Source: Opitutales bacterium
GTDB taxonomy: Bacteria > Verrucomicrobiota > Verrucomicrobiia > Opitutales > UBA2987
NCBI GenBank assembly: GCA_021772535.1
Contig: JAJFLV010000021.1
Span: 1-60,172 of the forward strand
Reading direction: 5' to 3'
DNA length: 60,172 nucleotides
Positions 18,532 through 27,131 of the stretch are shown here, one piece after another. Made by a program: the position numbers and the translations under genes. How positions within the stretch are numbered: the first letter of the stretch is position 1; the number at the start of each line of letters is the position of its first letter. A model generated the notes under the pieces. The model did no database searches and was not told the DNA's origin. It saw only the letters and a list, made by a program, of their open reading frames with translations.

Positions 18532-19266
18532 TTACCGGTCAAATAGAATAATACCGAAAGCCAAAACAAATATTATTGGGAGAAGAGAAGCCAGTGCAAT
18601 CAGGCCAAACCCATGCAGAAGAGGGTTCCGGTGGCGAATCGTTGTAGCCAGGCCAACCCCGAAAGCCGTAACCAGCGGAACCGTAACTGTCGATGTGGTG
18701 ACCCCACCGGAATCGTAGGCAATCCCAATGATTTCATTGGGGGCCAAAAAGGTCATTAGGATAACGATCCCATAACCCCCGATGATCAGATAATGCAAGG
18801 GCCAGCCCAGCAAAATCCGTAAAATACCTAAACCGACCGCCAGTCCTACAGCCACTGCAACGGTAAGCCGGATTCCCATTGCATATTCAGTTTGTCCCTC
18901 GATGCTCCTTGTTATTAACCCGGCCTCTGCAGCAACCTCTGCCGCTTCTCCACTAATGGCAATGAGTGCTGGTTCGGCTATCGTGGTCGAGAATCCGAGG
19001 AAAAACCCGAAAGTCATTAGCCAAAACACGCTCCCTTTACGGGCAAATGCTCCCGCCATGCTTTCTCCGATGGGAAAGAGCCCCATTTCGAGTCCTTCCA
19101 AAAACAAGCCCAGCCCAATTGCCACCATGACAACCCCGAACAACACTTGTCCCAAATGCGGAACCGGTTGCTGCAAAATGAAAACTTGAAAAAAAACAAT
19201 TACCAGGATTATGGGCGCCAAATCTCTCAAGATCTTCTTGGCCTTTTTCCAAATCAAACTGCCCAT
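18532..19266 (-). CDS. DUF1538 family membrane protein (paralogue)
   Basis: [11 protein letters not shown] and [18 protein letters not shown] motifs. Confidence 0.9.
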   Translation of the reverse strand: MGSLIWKKAKKILRDLAPIILVIVFFQVFILQQPVPHLGQVLFGVVMVAIGLGLFLEGLEMGLFPIGESMAGAFARKGSVFWLMTFGFFLGFSTTIAEPALIAISGEAAEVAAEAGLITRSIEGQTEYAMGIRLTVAVAVGLAVGLGILRILLGWPLHYLIIGGYGIVILMTFLAPNEIIGIAYDSGGVTTSTVTVPLVTAFGVGLATTIRHRNPLLHGFGLIALASLLPIIFVLAFGIILFDR

Positions 19267-19504
19267 ATTCGTTATTTAGCTACCTGGATATTAGCTATCT
19301 TTCAATAAGTTTAATCGATTTCAGTTTTTTTGGGAACTGAATTGTCATAATTATCCTTGATTCAAAGTGACATTGTGGGCTGCTTTCCGACCGTACCTTC
19401 CTTGTTTTCCAAAAAATAGACCTGACTCCCTAAAGTATTATGAGACAGAGCCGAATTATCTACCCAGTAAGTTCCGCTCTAATTGAAATAAATAAGCAAA
19501 AACG

Positions 19505-19551
19505 GTAAAACTAAAACAGGGTGGGCCCGTTTTACTGGAACCCACCCTGTT
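19505..19551 (-). terminator. Rho-independent terminator
   Basis: Minus strand reads AACAGGGTGGG-ttccagtaaaacggg-CCCACCCTGTT followed by TTAGTTTT (11-bp perfect stem, 19515-19525/19541-19551). Confidence 0.75.
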
Positions 19552-19705
19552 CGTAGCAGTAGTGGTAATAACCACTTTAGGCCGTAGTTACCACCACGCG
19601 TGGTTTTCCCCGGCCTCCCATAATGGGAGGCCGCAGGAAATTTGCTTTCTACCCCCCCGGTAGAAATTTATTTTCCGCACCCCATGCGTAGTAAATTTGT
19701 CCTCT
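19505..19705 (-). ncRNA. Candidate structured small RNA or cis-regulatory leader, family not recognised
   Basis: Four to five consecutive hairpins, the first three each opened by AAAUUU; ends in a GC-rich stem plus U-tract; several stems close with G-U only on the minus strand; TTGACG upstream. Confidence 0.6.
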
Positions 19706-19708
19706 CCT

Positions 19709-19736
19709 AAATTCATTGGAAATTTTTAAACGTCAA
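19709..19736 (-). promoter_or_regulatory. Putative promoter of the candidate RNA
   Basis: TTGACG (19736-19731), 16 bp, GAATTT (19714-19709). The -35 is good and the -10 is weak. Confidence 0.35.
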
Positions 19737-19952
19737 CTTTTTTCCTGATCGATTACTTGATATTGAATGAGTATTAATCTTTATAAACAACATAGGTCTT
19801 ATACCCCATAATGCAACCCATAAATACCTGATTTCAGTTAATAAAGTGTAAATTTATTATTTTATAAGCCGCTATAGAACAAATACATTCGTAATTTTAA
19901 AACTATTGTTACAACATTGTAAAATATTTATGAATTATAAAATTTTTAATAT

Positions 19953-19992
19953 TCATTTCCCCAAAATCGCACCTCTTTTTTTGGGAAAATGA
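19953..19992. terminator. Inverted repeat downstream of glgA, possible terminator
   Basis: tcatttccccaaaa / ttttgggaaaatga, 14-bp arms with one mismatch (a U-G pair on the minus strand). Confidence 0.4.
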
Positions 19993-20064
19993 CGGGTGCT
20001 TGCAATCAACAGTCTTACTATTGGCAAAAGAGGGATAATTGTAAATTTATTTAAAAATCCGCAA

Positions 20065-21531
20065 CTAACCCGCTTGTTTACGCGTCTCAACGGCCCAGCG
20101 ATATATATTTTCATAGGTAGCCGATGGGTTCTTCCAGGAAAAGTCTTTCCTCATTCCATTTAACTGTAATCGTCTATACTCCTTCGGTTGATCTCTATAA
20201 AGGATGGCTGCCCTCTCAATGGCCGATCCAAGATCTTCAGGGGTAGCATCAGCAAACAGCAAGCCGGTGGCATCCCTCTTCCCTTTTCCATAAGGATCGA
20301 TGGTGTCGATTAAACCACCGGTTGAGCGTGCCACTGGCGGCGTGCCGTACCTCATGGCATACATTTGACTAAGACCACAGGGCTCGAACCGGCTTGGCAT
20401 AACAAAGAAATCCGAGCCGCCATAAATCAAATGAGCCAGTTGGTCGCTGAATCCAATTTGCACCCCTACCCTGCCCTTAAAACGCTCCCCCAATTGTTTG
20501 AATCGCTCTTCAAGTTCCTTTTCTCCAGTGCCCAGCAAGGCGATTTGCCCGTCTGTTGTCTCCATTATGGCGGCCACCGCTTCGGCCAGCAAATCCAATC
20601 CCTTCTGTTGGTAGAGACGGGAAACCACACCGAATAGTGGAATCTCGGCCTTAATCTCCAAACCCAACTCTTTTTGTAATTCAGCCTTGCAAAGGCCCTT
20701 GCCCTTGCGATTGGAAATAGAATAGGTGGCCGGCAGCAAAGGATCGCTTTGGGGGTTCCAAACGCTCGTATCGATGCCATTTATTTCTCCAATCAGGTCG
20801 CCCGCCCTGAGTTTCAGTATATGATGCAAACCGTGACCGTTGTCCGGTTTGAGGATTTCACGGGCATATTCGGGACTTACAGTGGTGATCTTGGTGGCAT
20901 TGTAGATTCCCCCCTTTAGAAAGTTCACGTGCCCCATCGCCTCCAGACAATCCGGCCGGTAAACGGAGGCGGGAAGCTGGGCATACTCAATGCTCGAATA
21001 GGGGAAATGTCCCTGATGCTGCAAATTATGGATGGTCAGAATGCTGGCCGCTTTACCTAATGGCTCATAGAAATCATTGGCATTCAAATAAACCGGGACC
21101 AGGGCTGTCGGCCAGTCGTGACAATGAATAACATCGGGAATCCAGCCCAGATAATAGCACAGGTTAAGGGCTGCTCGCGATAGAAAAATGAACCGCCGGT
21201 CATTGTCCTGAGGTCCCCGGCTGGAGTTTCCGTAAACATCGGGGCGGTCGTAAAATTCGTTAAATTCAAGAAAATAGGTCTCCACCTCCGAACCGGGCAA
21301 GCGACTCTCCCAAATCCGGCACTGAAGGTTTTCCCGACCTAGATTAACGGTTAACGGAATATTATAAGGTATCCATTTGCCAATTTTCTTGATACCGGAG
21401 TAGAGAGGGCATACCAGCCTGACTTCATGCCCCATCCCGGCTAGTTCCTTCGATAGCGCTCCAACTACATCGGCCAGCCCCCCCACCTTGATTAGGGGCG
21501 CCACCTCGGAGGCTATCATGAAAATTTTCAT
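20065..21531 (-). CDS. glgA: Glycogen synthase
   Basis: ASEVAPLIKVGGLADV, HCHDW, TIHNLQHQG and PSRFEPCGL motifs. Confidence 0.95.
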   Translation of the reverse strand: MKIFMIASEVAPLIKVGGLADVVGALSKELAGMGHEVRLVCPLYSGIKKIGKWIPYNIPLTVNLGRENLQCRIWESRLPGSEVETYFLEFNEFYDRPDVYGNSSRGPQDNDRRFIFLSRAALNLCYYLGWIPDVIHCHDWPTALVPVYLNANDFYEPLGKAASILTIHNLQHQGHFPYSSIEYAQLPASVYRPDCLEAMGHVNFLKGGIYNATKITTVSPEYAREILKPDNGHGLHHILKLRAGDLIGEINGIDTSVWNPQSDPLLPATYSISNRKGKGLCKAELQKELGLEIKAEIPLFGVVSRLYQQKGLDLLAEAVAAIMETTDGQIALLGTGEKELEERFKQLGERFKGRVGVQIGFSDQLAHLIYGGSDFFVMPSRFEPCGLSQMYAMRYGTPPVARSTGGLIDTIDPYGKGKRDATGLLFADATPEDLGSAIERAAILYRDQPKEYRRLQLNGMRKDFSWKNPSATYENIYRWAVETRKQAG

Positions 21532-21713
21532 GGCATAAAATGATTGAAAGTAAGAAAAAAGACTTCATTCCTTTAGCGAAAAGCATTTTTTGAGACCAAA
21601 GGATAAAGGAATAAAGGCTAAAATGCTCGCATTCCTAATAAGGTCAAGACTAGCGATAACGCGTTGCTGCCGTAGCAATCTCTAGAAGGCTTATCGGTCA
21701 AATAGGGCGCGTT

Positions 21714-22313
21714 CTAAGTGGATTTGTGTTTTGCCGTGAATAATCTTCCCATGCGCATTATTTGCAATACCGCCAGGGGAGCGAAAAAATAGACTGTTTG
21801 CACCGCTCCCGCTTTTTCCTGTAGCGCCTGGTGGAACAGGATGAGAATAGCGGCCACGTAAGCCAGGCGGTGGAGCCATTTCCATTTTTTCCCTCCAAGC
21901 ATGCGAACCATTCTATTGGTGCTGGTTACAGCCAGGATTAAAAGCAGAAAGAAAGCACTCAGACCCAACAAAACGAAGGGTTTTTCGATATCCTCAAAAA
22001 ACGCAGTGAATCCTCCCGTATAAACGAGGTAAAACCCCAGGTGAATCAGGGCGAAGAAAAATGAGCTGACTCCAATCAGCCGCCGATGGCGGTTGAGATC
22101 CCGTGCCAATTCAAATTTCGGGAAAAGAATCTTGAACGGGCTTAATGAGAGCACCCCGATGAATAACAAAGTGGCGGTCTTGCCATAATACTCGAGTAGG
22201 TATTTGGCAGGATCGGCCAAAACGGAGGCTTCTGCTCTGATCAATGGGTAAGCAGGATACAATCCCGCCAATAGGACCACGGTCCAAATTAACAGCTTTA
22301 TCAAAAAACGCAT
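21714..22313 (-). CDS. msrQ: Protein-methionine-sulfoxide reductase heme-binding subunit
   Basis: RRLIGV...H, LAVTS and WKWLHRLAY...H motifs; downstream of msrP. Confidence 0.9.
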   Translation of the reverse strand: MRFLIKLLIWTVVLLAGLYPAYPLIRAEASVLADPAKYLLEYYGKTATLLFIGVLSLSPFKILFPKFELARDLNRHRRLIGVSSFFFALIHLGFYLVYTGGFTAFFEDIEKPFVLLGLSAFFLLLILAVTSTNRMVRMLGGKKWKWLHRLAYVAAILILFHQALQEKAGAVQTVYFFAPLAVLQIMRMGRLFTAKHKST

Positions 22314-22393
22314 AAATACTCTCTCCCCCCGGTTCTGCCCTAGGTACGATTAAGACTCGGGAAACCAATCTCAATTGCTCTAAGGAAGGGGCA

Positions 22394-23353
22394 TCAGTAA
22401 TGCAAACGAAGGTTCAACCCCTTATATAAGTGTGCGACCTCCTTTTCATATCCATTGAATGGGAGAGTTGGCTGCCGGGCAAAAAATCCGCCTCCAATGA
22501 TTCGCTCCGAAGCCTGCGACCAACGCGGGTGGTCCACCTCAGGGTTCACATTGGCATAGAACCCATATTCCTGCGGGGCAAGTAATTGCCAGGTATTGCG
22601 GGGCCGGTTGCGGGTAAACTCAATCTTAACAATCGATTTGATGCTTTTGAATCCATACTTCCAGGGCACGACCAGGCGGATGGGGGCGCCGTTCTGGTTA
22701 GGCAGCGGTTTGCCGTAAACGCCGGTGGCCAGGATAGCGAGATCATTGTTAGCCTCCTCAATTGTGAGGGATTCCACATAGGGCCAATCGATGTTACGCC
22801 CTCTCTGACCGGGAGCGGACTTTGGGTCGAGAAAGGTGGTAAATTTAATATAACGGGCGTTCTTGTCAGGCTGGGCCAGTTCAATCAGTTTTTTTAAGGG
22901 AAAACCATCCCAGGGAACTACCATTGACCAGGCCTCTACGCACCTGAAGCGATAAATTCGCTCCTCCACGCCTCCAACTTTTTTTATCAAACCGTTGACA
23001 TCGATTTTAAAAGGATTCTCCACCAAACCACCGATCTGAATCGACCAGGGTTCGGTTTCCCATCCCTCATTGGCCAGCTTCTTGACTTCTCCCTTGTCGG
23101 TACTGAATTCATAAAAATTGTTATAGCTGGTGACATAATCGAAGTCGGTTGACTTTAAACCCGCTCCGTCGAATTTCGGATTGAGTTTCGCCGGAAATCC
23201 CGCCGTAGCGCCAGCCAGTCCTTGCGGCAAGAGAGCGGATCCAGCCAACCCCAGGCCCAACTTTCTTAAAAATCTTCTTCGATTGTAAAAGGCCTCCTCC
23301 GGGGTAACCGTGGAGGCGGGCATTTGCCAGCTTTGAGGAATTTTGATCAGCAT
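22394..23353 (-). CDS. msrP: Protein-methionine-sulfoxide reductase catalytic subunit (molybdoenzyme)
   Basis: Tat motif RRRFL; YNNFYEF, RFRCVEAWS, VVPWKYGFKSIKSI and HPRWSQASER motifs. Confidence 0.95.
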   Translation of the reverse strand: MLIKIPQSWQMPASTVTPEEAFYNRRRFLRKLGLGLAGSALLPQGLAGATAGFPAKLNPKFDGAGLKSTDFDYVTSYNNFYEFSTDKGEVKKLANEGWETEPWSIQIGGLVENPFKIDVNGLIKKVGGVEERIYRFRCVEAWSMVVPWDGFPLKKLIELAQPDKNARYIKFTTFLDPKSAPGQRGRNIDWPYVESLTIEEANNDLAILATGVYGKPLPNQNGAPIRLVVPWKYGFKSIKSIVKIEFTRNRPRNTWQLLAPQEYGFYANVNPEVDHPRWSQASERIIGGGFFARQPTLPFNGYEKEVAHLYKGLNLRLHY

Positions 23354-23475
23354 CAGTTATAGTATGAGACGAACCAACAGCCGAATCCTTCCCGCAATAA
23401 TCTCAAAAATTGTGACTGGAAAAAAGAGAGGTCAGCCAAATCGCTTTCTCCTCGGCTTCTCCAAAATGGAGAAAT

Positions 23476-24093
23476 TCAAGTTCCGTAGAGGCGGTCGCCG
23501 AAATCCCCCAGACCGGGAAGGATGTACTTTTTGTCGTTCAACTCGCGATCCAGGGAAGCGGTGTAGATGATGAGGTTGGGGAACTTATCCCGAAGCACTT
23601 TGACTCCCTCGGGAGCTGCCACAATATTGAGGAAATATACATCGGTGGCTCCCTGGTCGTAAACCATTCGGATCACTTGTTCCGCCGAGCCGCCCGTGGC
23701 CAGCATTGGGTCGACTACCAGCACCCGCCGATTTTTCAGGGGTGGCAGTTTGCAATAATAACTGTGCGCCTCTGCCGTTTCCTCATCACGTTCCATACCA
23801 ATGAAACCGACCGCCACCGACGGTAGAAGATCGACGATCGTATCCACCATACTCATTCCGGCCCGTACAATGGCCACCACCACCACCGTTACAGCCAATT
23901 TCCGGCATTGGGTTGTTTCCAGAGGCGTTTTTATTTCAACCGGCTCGGTGGGCAGATCCCGTGTCGCCTCCATTACTAATAGGGAGGTGACTTGCCGGCT
24001 AAGGTTGCGGAATTGGGCCGATCCGGTATTTTCATCCCTTAACAAGCTAAGGATATGACCGGCCACAGGATGGTTCAATACATGTAAGGACAT
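23476..24093 (-). CDS. upp: Uracil phosphoribosyltransferase
   Basis: IVRAG, VVDPMLATGGS and YILPGLGDFGDRLYGT motifs. Confidence 0.95.
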   Translation of the reverse strand: MSLHVLNHPVAGHILSLLRDENTGSAQFRNLSRQVTSLLVMEATRDLPTEPVEIKTPLETTQCRKLAVTVVVVAIVRAGMSMVDTIVDLLPSVAVGFIGMERDEETAEAHSYYCKLPPLKNRRVLVVDPMLATGGSAEQVIRMVYDQGATDVYFLNIVAAPEGVKVLRDKFPNLIIYTASLDRELNDKKYILPGLGDFGDRLYGT

Positions 24094-24247
24094 AGGATTC
24101 AGGTCAGGCGGTGAAAACCAAAAATTACTTGCCGGTGCGGGACCATTGCAAGTAAAACCCGTTCCGAATTTGCTAAACTCTCAGGCGGGCAATATTACCG
24201 GTCGAAATCGCTATTAAATTCAAACGCAAATAAAATCTTTGGATGTT

Positions 24248-25195
24248 ATGAATAATCCTGTAGTCATCGTAGGCAGTTACAATCAGGACCTCACCTGGTA
24301 TTGTTCGGAATTTCCTCAGCCGGGAGAAACCATATTCGGCTCATTCGTCACGGGACCTGGCGGCAAAGGTTCCAATCAAGCCGTTGCTGCCGTGCGAACG
24401 GGCGTAGGCACAACCTTTGTTGGAGCGGTCGGCAAGGATGTCTTCGGAGATGGTGTAAAAGTTTTTTACGACTTGGAGGGCCTCGAGTATCAACTCATGG
24501 AATATGATGACATTCCAACCGGCAATGCCGGTATTTTTGTTTCATCAAGCGGTGAAAATGAAATCATCGTAGCTCTGGGGGCCAACCTCGCTTTTAAATC
24601 AAAGGATGTCCGCGAGGAGACGCTTTCGCACGCCCAAATCGTCGTTTGCCAAAACGAGATCGATTTGGACACCACCCGACAGGTTCTTCGCCGGGCCCGC
24701 AGCTTGGGAGCGACCACGGTTCTCAATCCGGCACCCATGATTCCGGGTTTTCGTTCCGAATACCTCAAAGATGTGGACATTCTCATTCCTAACGAAACGG
24801 AGTTCGCCGAACTCATCAAAGCAACCCGTCCGGAAGCCCTGGGCAGTTTTCAATCGGCAGATATCCGGGATATGGATGAAGACGAGTTGCAAAAGCTTTG
24901 CCGAAGCGCCGAGGTGCCGACCGTTATTCTTACTCTCGGGAGCAAGGGCTGTTTTGTTTCCACCGCCGACAGCTACAGGACCATACCCGGATGCCGAGGC
25001 ATTGAAGTTGTGGACACTACCGGTGCCGGAGACGCCTTTGTCGGAGGTTTTGCCTCGGGAATGGTCCAGTTCGACAAGAATATTTATAAAGCCGCCTCCT
25101 ATGCCAACGCGGTTGCGGCTCTCTCCGTAACCCAACCCGGTACCGCCCCCTCCATGCCTCATAAAGAGGAGATTGAAAACTTTATCAATCGCTAA
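24248..25195 (+). CDS. rbsK: Ribokinase (PfkB family)
   Basis: VVGSYNQD-like start, PGGKGSNQAVA, PNETE and DTTGAGDAF motifs. Confidence 0.9.
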   Translation: MNNPVVIVGSYNQDLTWYCSEFPQPGETIFGSFVTGPGGKGSNQAVAAVRTGVGTTFVGAVGKDVFGDGVKVFYDLEGLEYQLMEYDDIPTGNAGIFVSSSGENEIIVALGANLAFKSKDVREETLSHAQIVVCQNEIDLDTTRQVLRRARSLGATTVLNPAPMIPGFRSEYLKDVDILIPNETEFAELIKATRPEALGSFQSADIRDMDEDELQKLCRSAEVPTVILTLGSKGCFVSTADSYRTIPGCRGIEVVDTTGAGDAFVGGFASGMVQFDKNIYKAASYANAVAALSVTQPGTAPSMPHKEEIENFINR

Positions 25196-25238
25196 CCGCC
25201 ACGTTGTTTCCTTCAAAAGAATGGGGAGATTTTGTACA

Positions 25239-25267
25239 TTTACTCCCGGCAAGAACTGGTTTATATT
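25239..25267 (+). promoter_or_regulatory. Putative sigma70 promoter of hicBA, leaderless geometry
   Basis: TTTACT, 17 bp, TATATT, then 6 nt to ATG 25274. Confidence 0.5.
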
Positions 25268-25273
25268 CAATAA

Positions 25274-25477
25274 ATGAAATTTAAAGTAGTCGTGCACACG
25301 GCGGAAGAAGGTGGATTCTGGGCTGAAGTTCCAGCTGTTCCCGGATGTGTCTCCCAAGGTGAGAACATGGAAGATCTGCTAGCGAACATCCAGGAAGCGA
25401 TTGAAGGGTGCCTTTCAATCGATGTGCAAGACCCAAGTGAAGACGATTCCTCTCAAATTGTTGAAGTCGCCCTGTGA
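25274..25477 (+). CDS. hicB: HicB family antitoxin, short form without a DNA-binding domain
   Basis: EEGGFWAEVPAVPGCVSQGE...NIQEAIEG motif. Confidence 0.9.
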   Translation: MKFKVVVHTAEEGGFWAEVPAVPGCVSQGENMEDLLANIQEAIEGCLSIDVQDPSEDDSSQIVEVAL

Positions 25478-25680
25478 AGCAAATTTCGGGCAAGGAGTTT
25501 GCGAAGGTCCTTGAGATAAAGGGTTGGGTGCTTCTGAGAATACGAGGAAGCCACCATATTTATACAAAACCAAATCGAATTGAAAGAATTTCACTGCCAA
25601 TCCACGGAAACAAACCTTTAAAGCGGGGTTTGCTCCACACGCTCATGAAAATGGCAGATGTTGATGAATCAGAATTATAA
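25474..25680 (+). CDS. hicA: HicA family toxin (mRNA interferase)
   Basis: GW..LRIRGSHHIY...PIHGNKPLKRGLL; GTGA overlap with hicB. Confidence 0.9.
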   Translation: MKQISGKEFAKVLEIKGWVLLRIRGSHHIYTKPNRIERISLPIHGNKPLKRGLLHTLMKMADVDESEL

Positions 25681-25819
25681 TCTTTGGTAATATAAATTTG
25701 CCTTTCAGGAAAGACTGCGTTCGATACTTTTCACAAAAAACAGTTGTATTCCTCGTTTTCTCCCAAATAGGACTCAATAACGTATTTCCTGTTATTTTTT
25801 TGTTTAAAGAAGCTACAAC

Positions 25820-26297
25820 GTGTTTGATCTTCCCAGGCCCCCTCGGACAATTGAAACGGAGAGGCTAAGGCTTTGTTTTGAATCCGTTCGCCCCGGTGAC
25901 AAGAACCGGGGATTTGTTCCTTTTTATCATTTTCATATCCAAAATTTGGTGGGGGAAAAGGTGGGACATATTAATTTCCGTGTGGGCGACACCGAGCATG
26001 TGCGAAACTGTGCCGGGCATATCGGCTATGTAATCCTTGAACAATTCCGGGGGGGGGAGGTTTGCCTATCATGCCTGTTGTGCACTTTCGGAATTCATTT
26101 CCTCTATTTACCATTCGGTCCTAATTACCACCGATCCCAACAACCATGCATCGATAAAGACCATTGAAAGACTCGGATGCCGGTTTCTTGATGAAGTGCC
26201 GGTCTCGCCCCATGAACCTCAATTTGCTCAAGGTTCACGAATCAAGAGAAGGTACCGATGGCATCTCAACGATTCCGTAACGCCAAGGAAAAGTTAA
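25820..26297 (+). pseudogene. GNAT acetyltransferase frameshifted at a G9 tract (26049-26057)
   Basis: The N-terminal part GHIGYVILEQFRG and the C-terminal part RFAYHAC...ITTDPNNHASIKTIERLG join in frame if the tract is G8. Confidence 0.8.
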
Positions 26298-26368
26298 CCT
26301 ATGGAAACCTCCTGATTTGGAGTTGATAATTTTTATTGTTAGCACCATCAGGTAAGGATAAAGCTCAA

Positions 26369-27073
26369 ATGCGGTTCATCGACAACTTCAAGGTCATCTT
26401 GTTGGACATGGGAAACACCTTCATGTTTGAGTGTGACCGGTTTGGTAAAAACGAGGGTTATTTCGAGACTTATGCAAATCTAGGGGGTAGCAATCTCAAG
26501 TGGAATCAGATTGAAGAAATTATTGATAACACTTTCTCCTCAATGCTTGAAGCATCACGCAATCCCGATTGTGTTGAGCATTTTGCATCTGTTGCCGAAT
26601 TCCTCCGCAAGGCAACTGATGGAATGAATATATCTTCTGAGGATACAAAGCTATTGGAAACGGTTTTTGCCCTTCATGAGGTTGGTCGAATTCCCAAGAG
26701 CAGCGCTAATGCTCTCCACAAACTCCGTCAAACACATCCGCTCGGCCTGGTCTCAAACATCTGGTCAAAACCCGAAGTGTTTGAGTCTGAACTCAGGCGA
26801 GCCGGTGTGCTTGATTTGTTTGAAGTGTTCATTTGGTCTTCAGATTACAGTGTTATCAAGCCGTCTCCTCGACTTTTCCAATTGGCAATAGATTATTTTA
26901 GTCTGCCGCCGAACCAAATGGTTTACATCGGAGACCATCCCATACGCGATGTCGCCGGAGCAAAGTCCCTTGGTATGAGCGCTGTTTGGATCCGAAATAA
27001 CGAAAAACCTTGGACGCCGGATTACCCAAGACCGGACCTGATTGTTGACGATTTGTCCGAGGTGCTTGATTGA
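26369..27073 (+). CDS. HAD-superfamily hydrolase
   Basis: LLDMGNT, LVSN, KPSP and YIGDHPIRDVAGA motifs. Confidence 0.85.
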   Translation: MRFIDNFKVILLDMGNTFMFECDRFGKNEGYFETYANLGGSNLKWNQIEEIIDNTFSSMLEASRNPDCVEHFASVAEFLRKATDGMNISSEDTKLLETVFALHEVGRIPKSSANALHKLRQTHPLGLVSNIWSKPEVFESELRRAGVLDLFEVFIWSSDYSVIKPSPRLFQLAIDYFSLPPNQMVYIGDHPIRDVAGAKSLGMSAVWIRNNEKPWTPDYPRPDLIVDDLSEVLD

Positions 27074-27131
27074 TTTCGTTGGAAATGCTCCTATTAACAA
27101 AATCCATTGTCTCATAACTCAAAGGACTCCT

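Noticed and set aside
19377-19432. Minus-strand UCAGG...AGCAGC resembling SRP RNA helix 8
   Set aside because: About 30 nt of unpaired sequence replaces the GNRA tetraloop, and there is no long enclosing helix.
19668-19686. Mini-ORF MGCGK* with upstream AGGAG in the candidate RNA
   Set aside because: Shine-Dalgarno spacing is too long, the ATG sits in a stem, and there is no regulatory codon run.
19505-19705. CRISPR array or tRNA interpretation of the repeated hairpins
   Set aside because: No identical direct repeats with spacers, no cas genes, and no cloverleaf or TTC T-loop.
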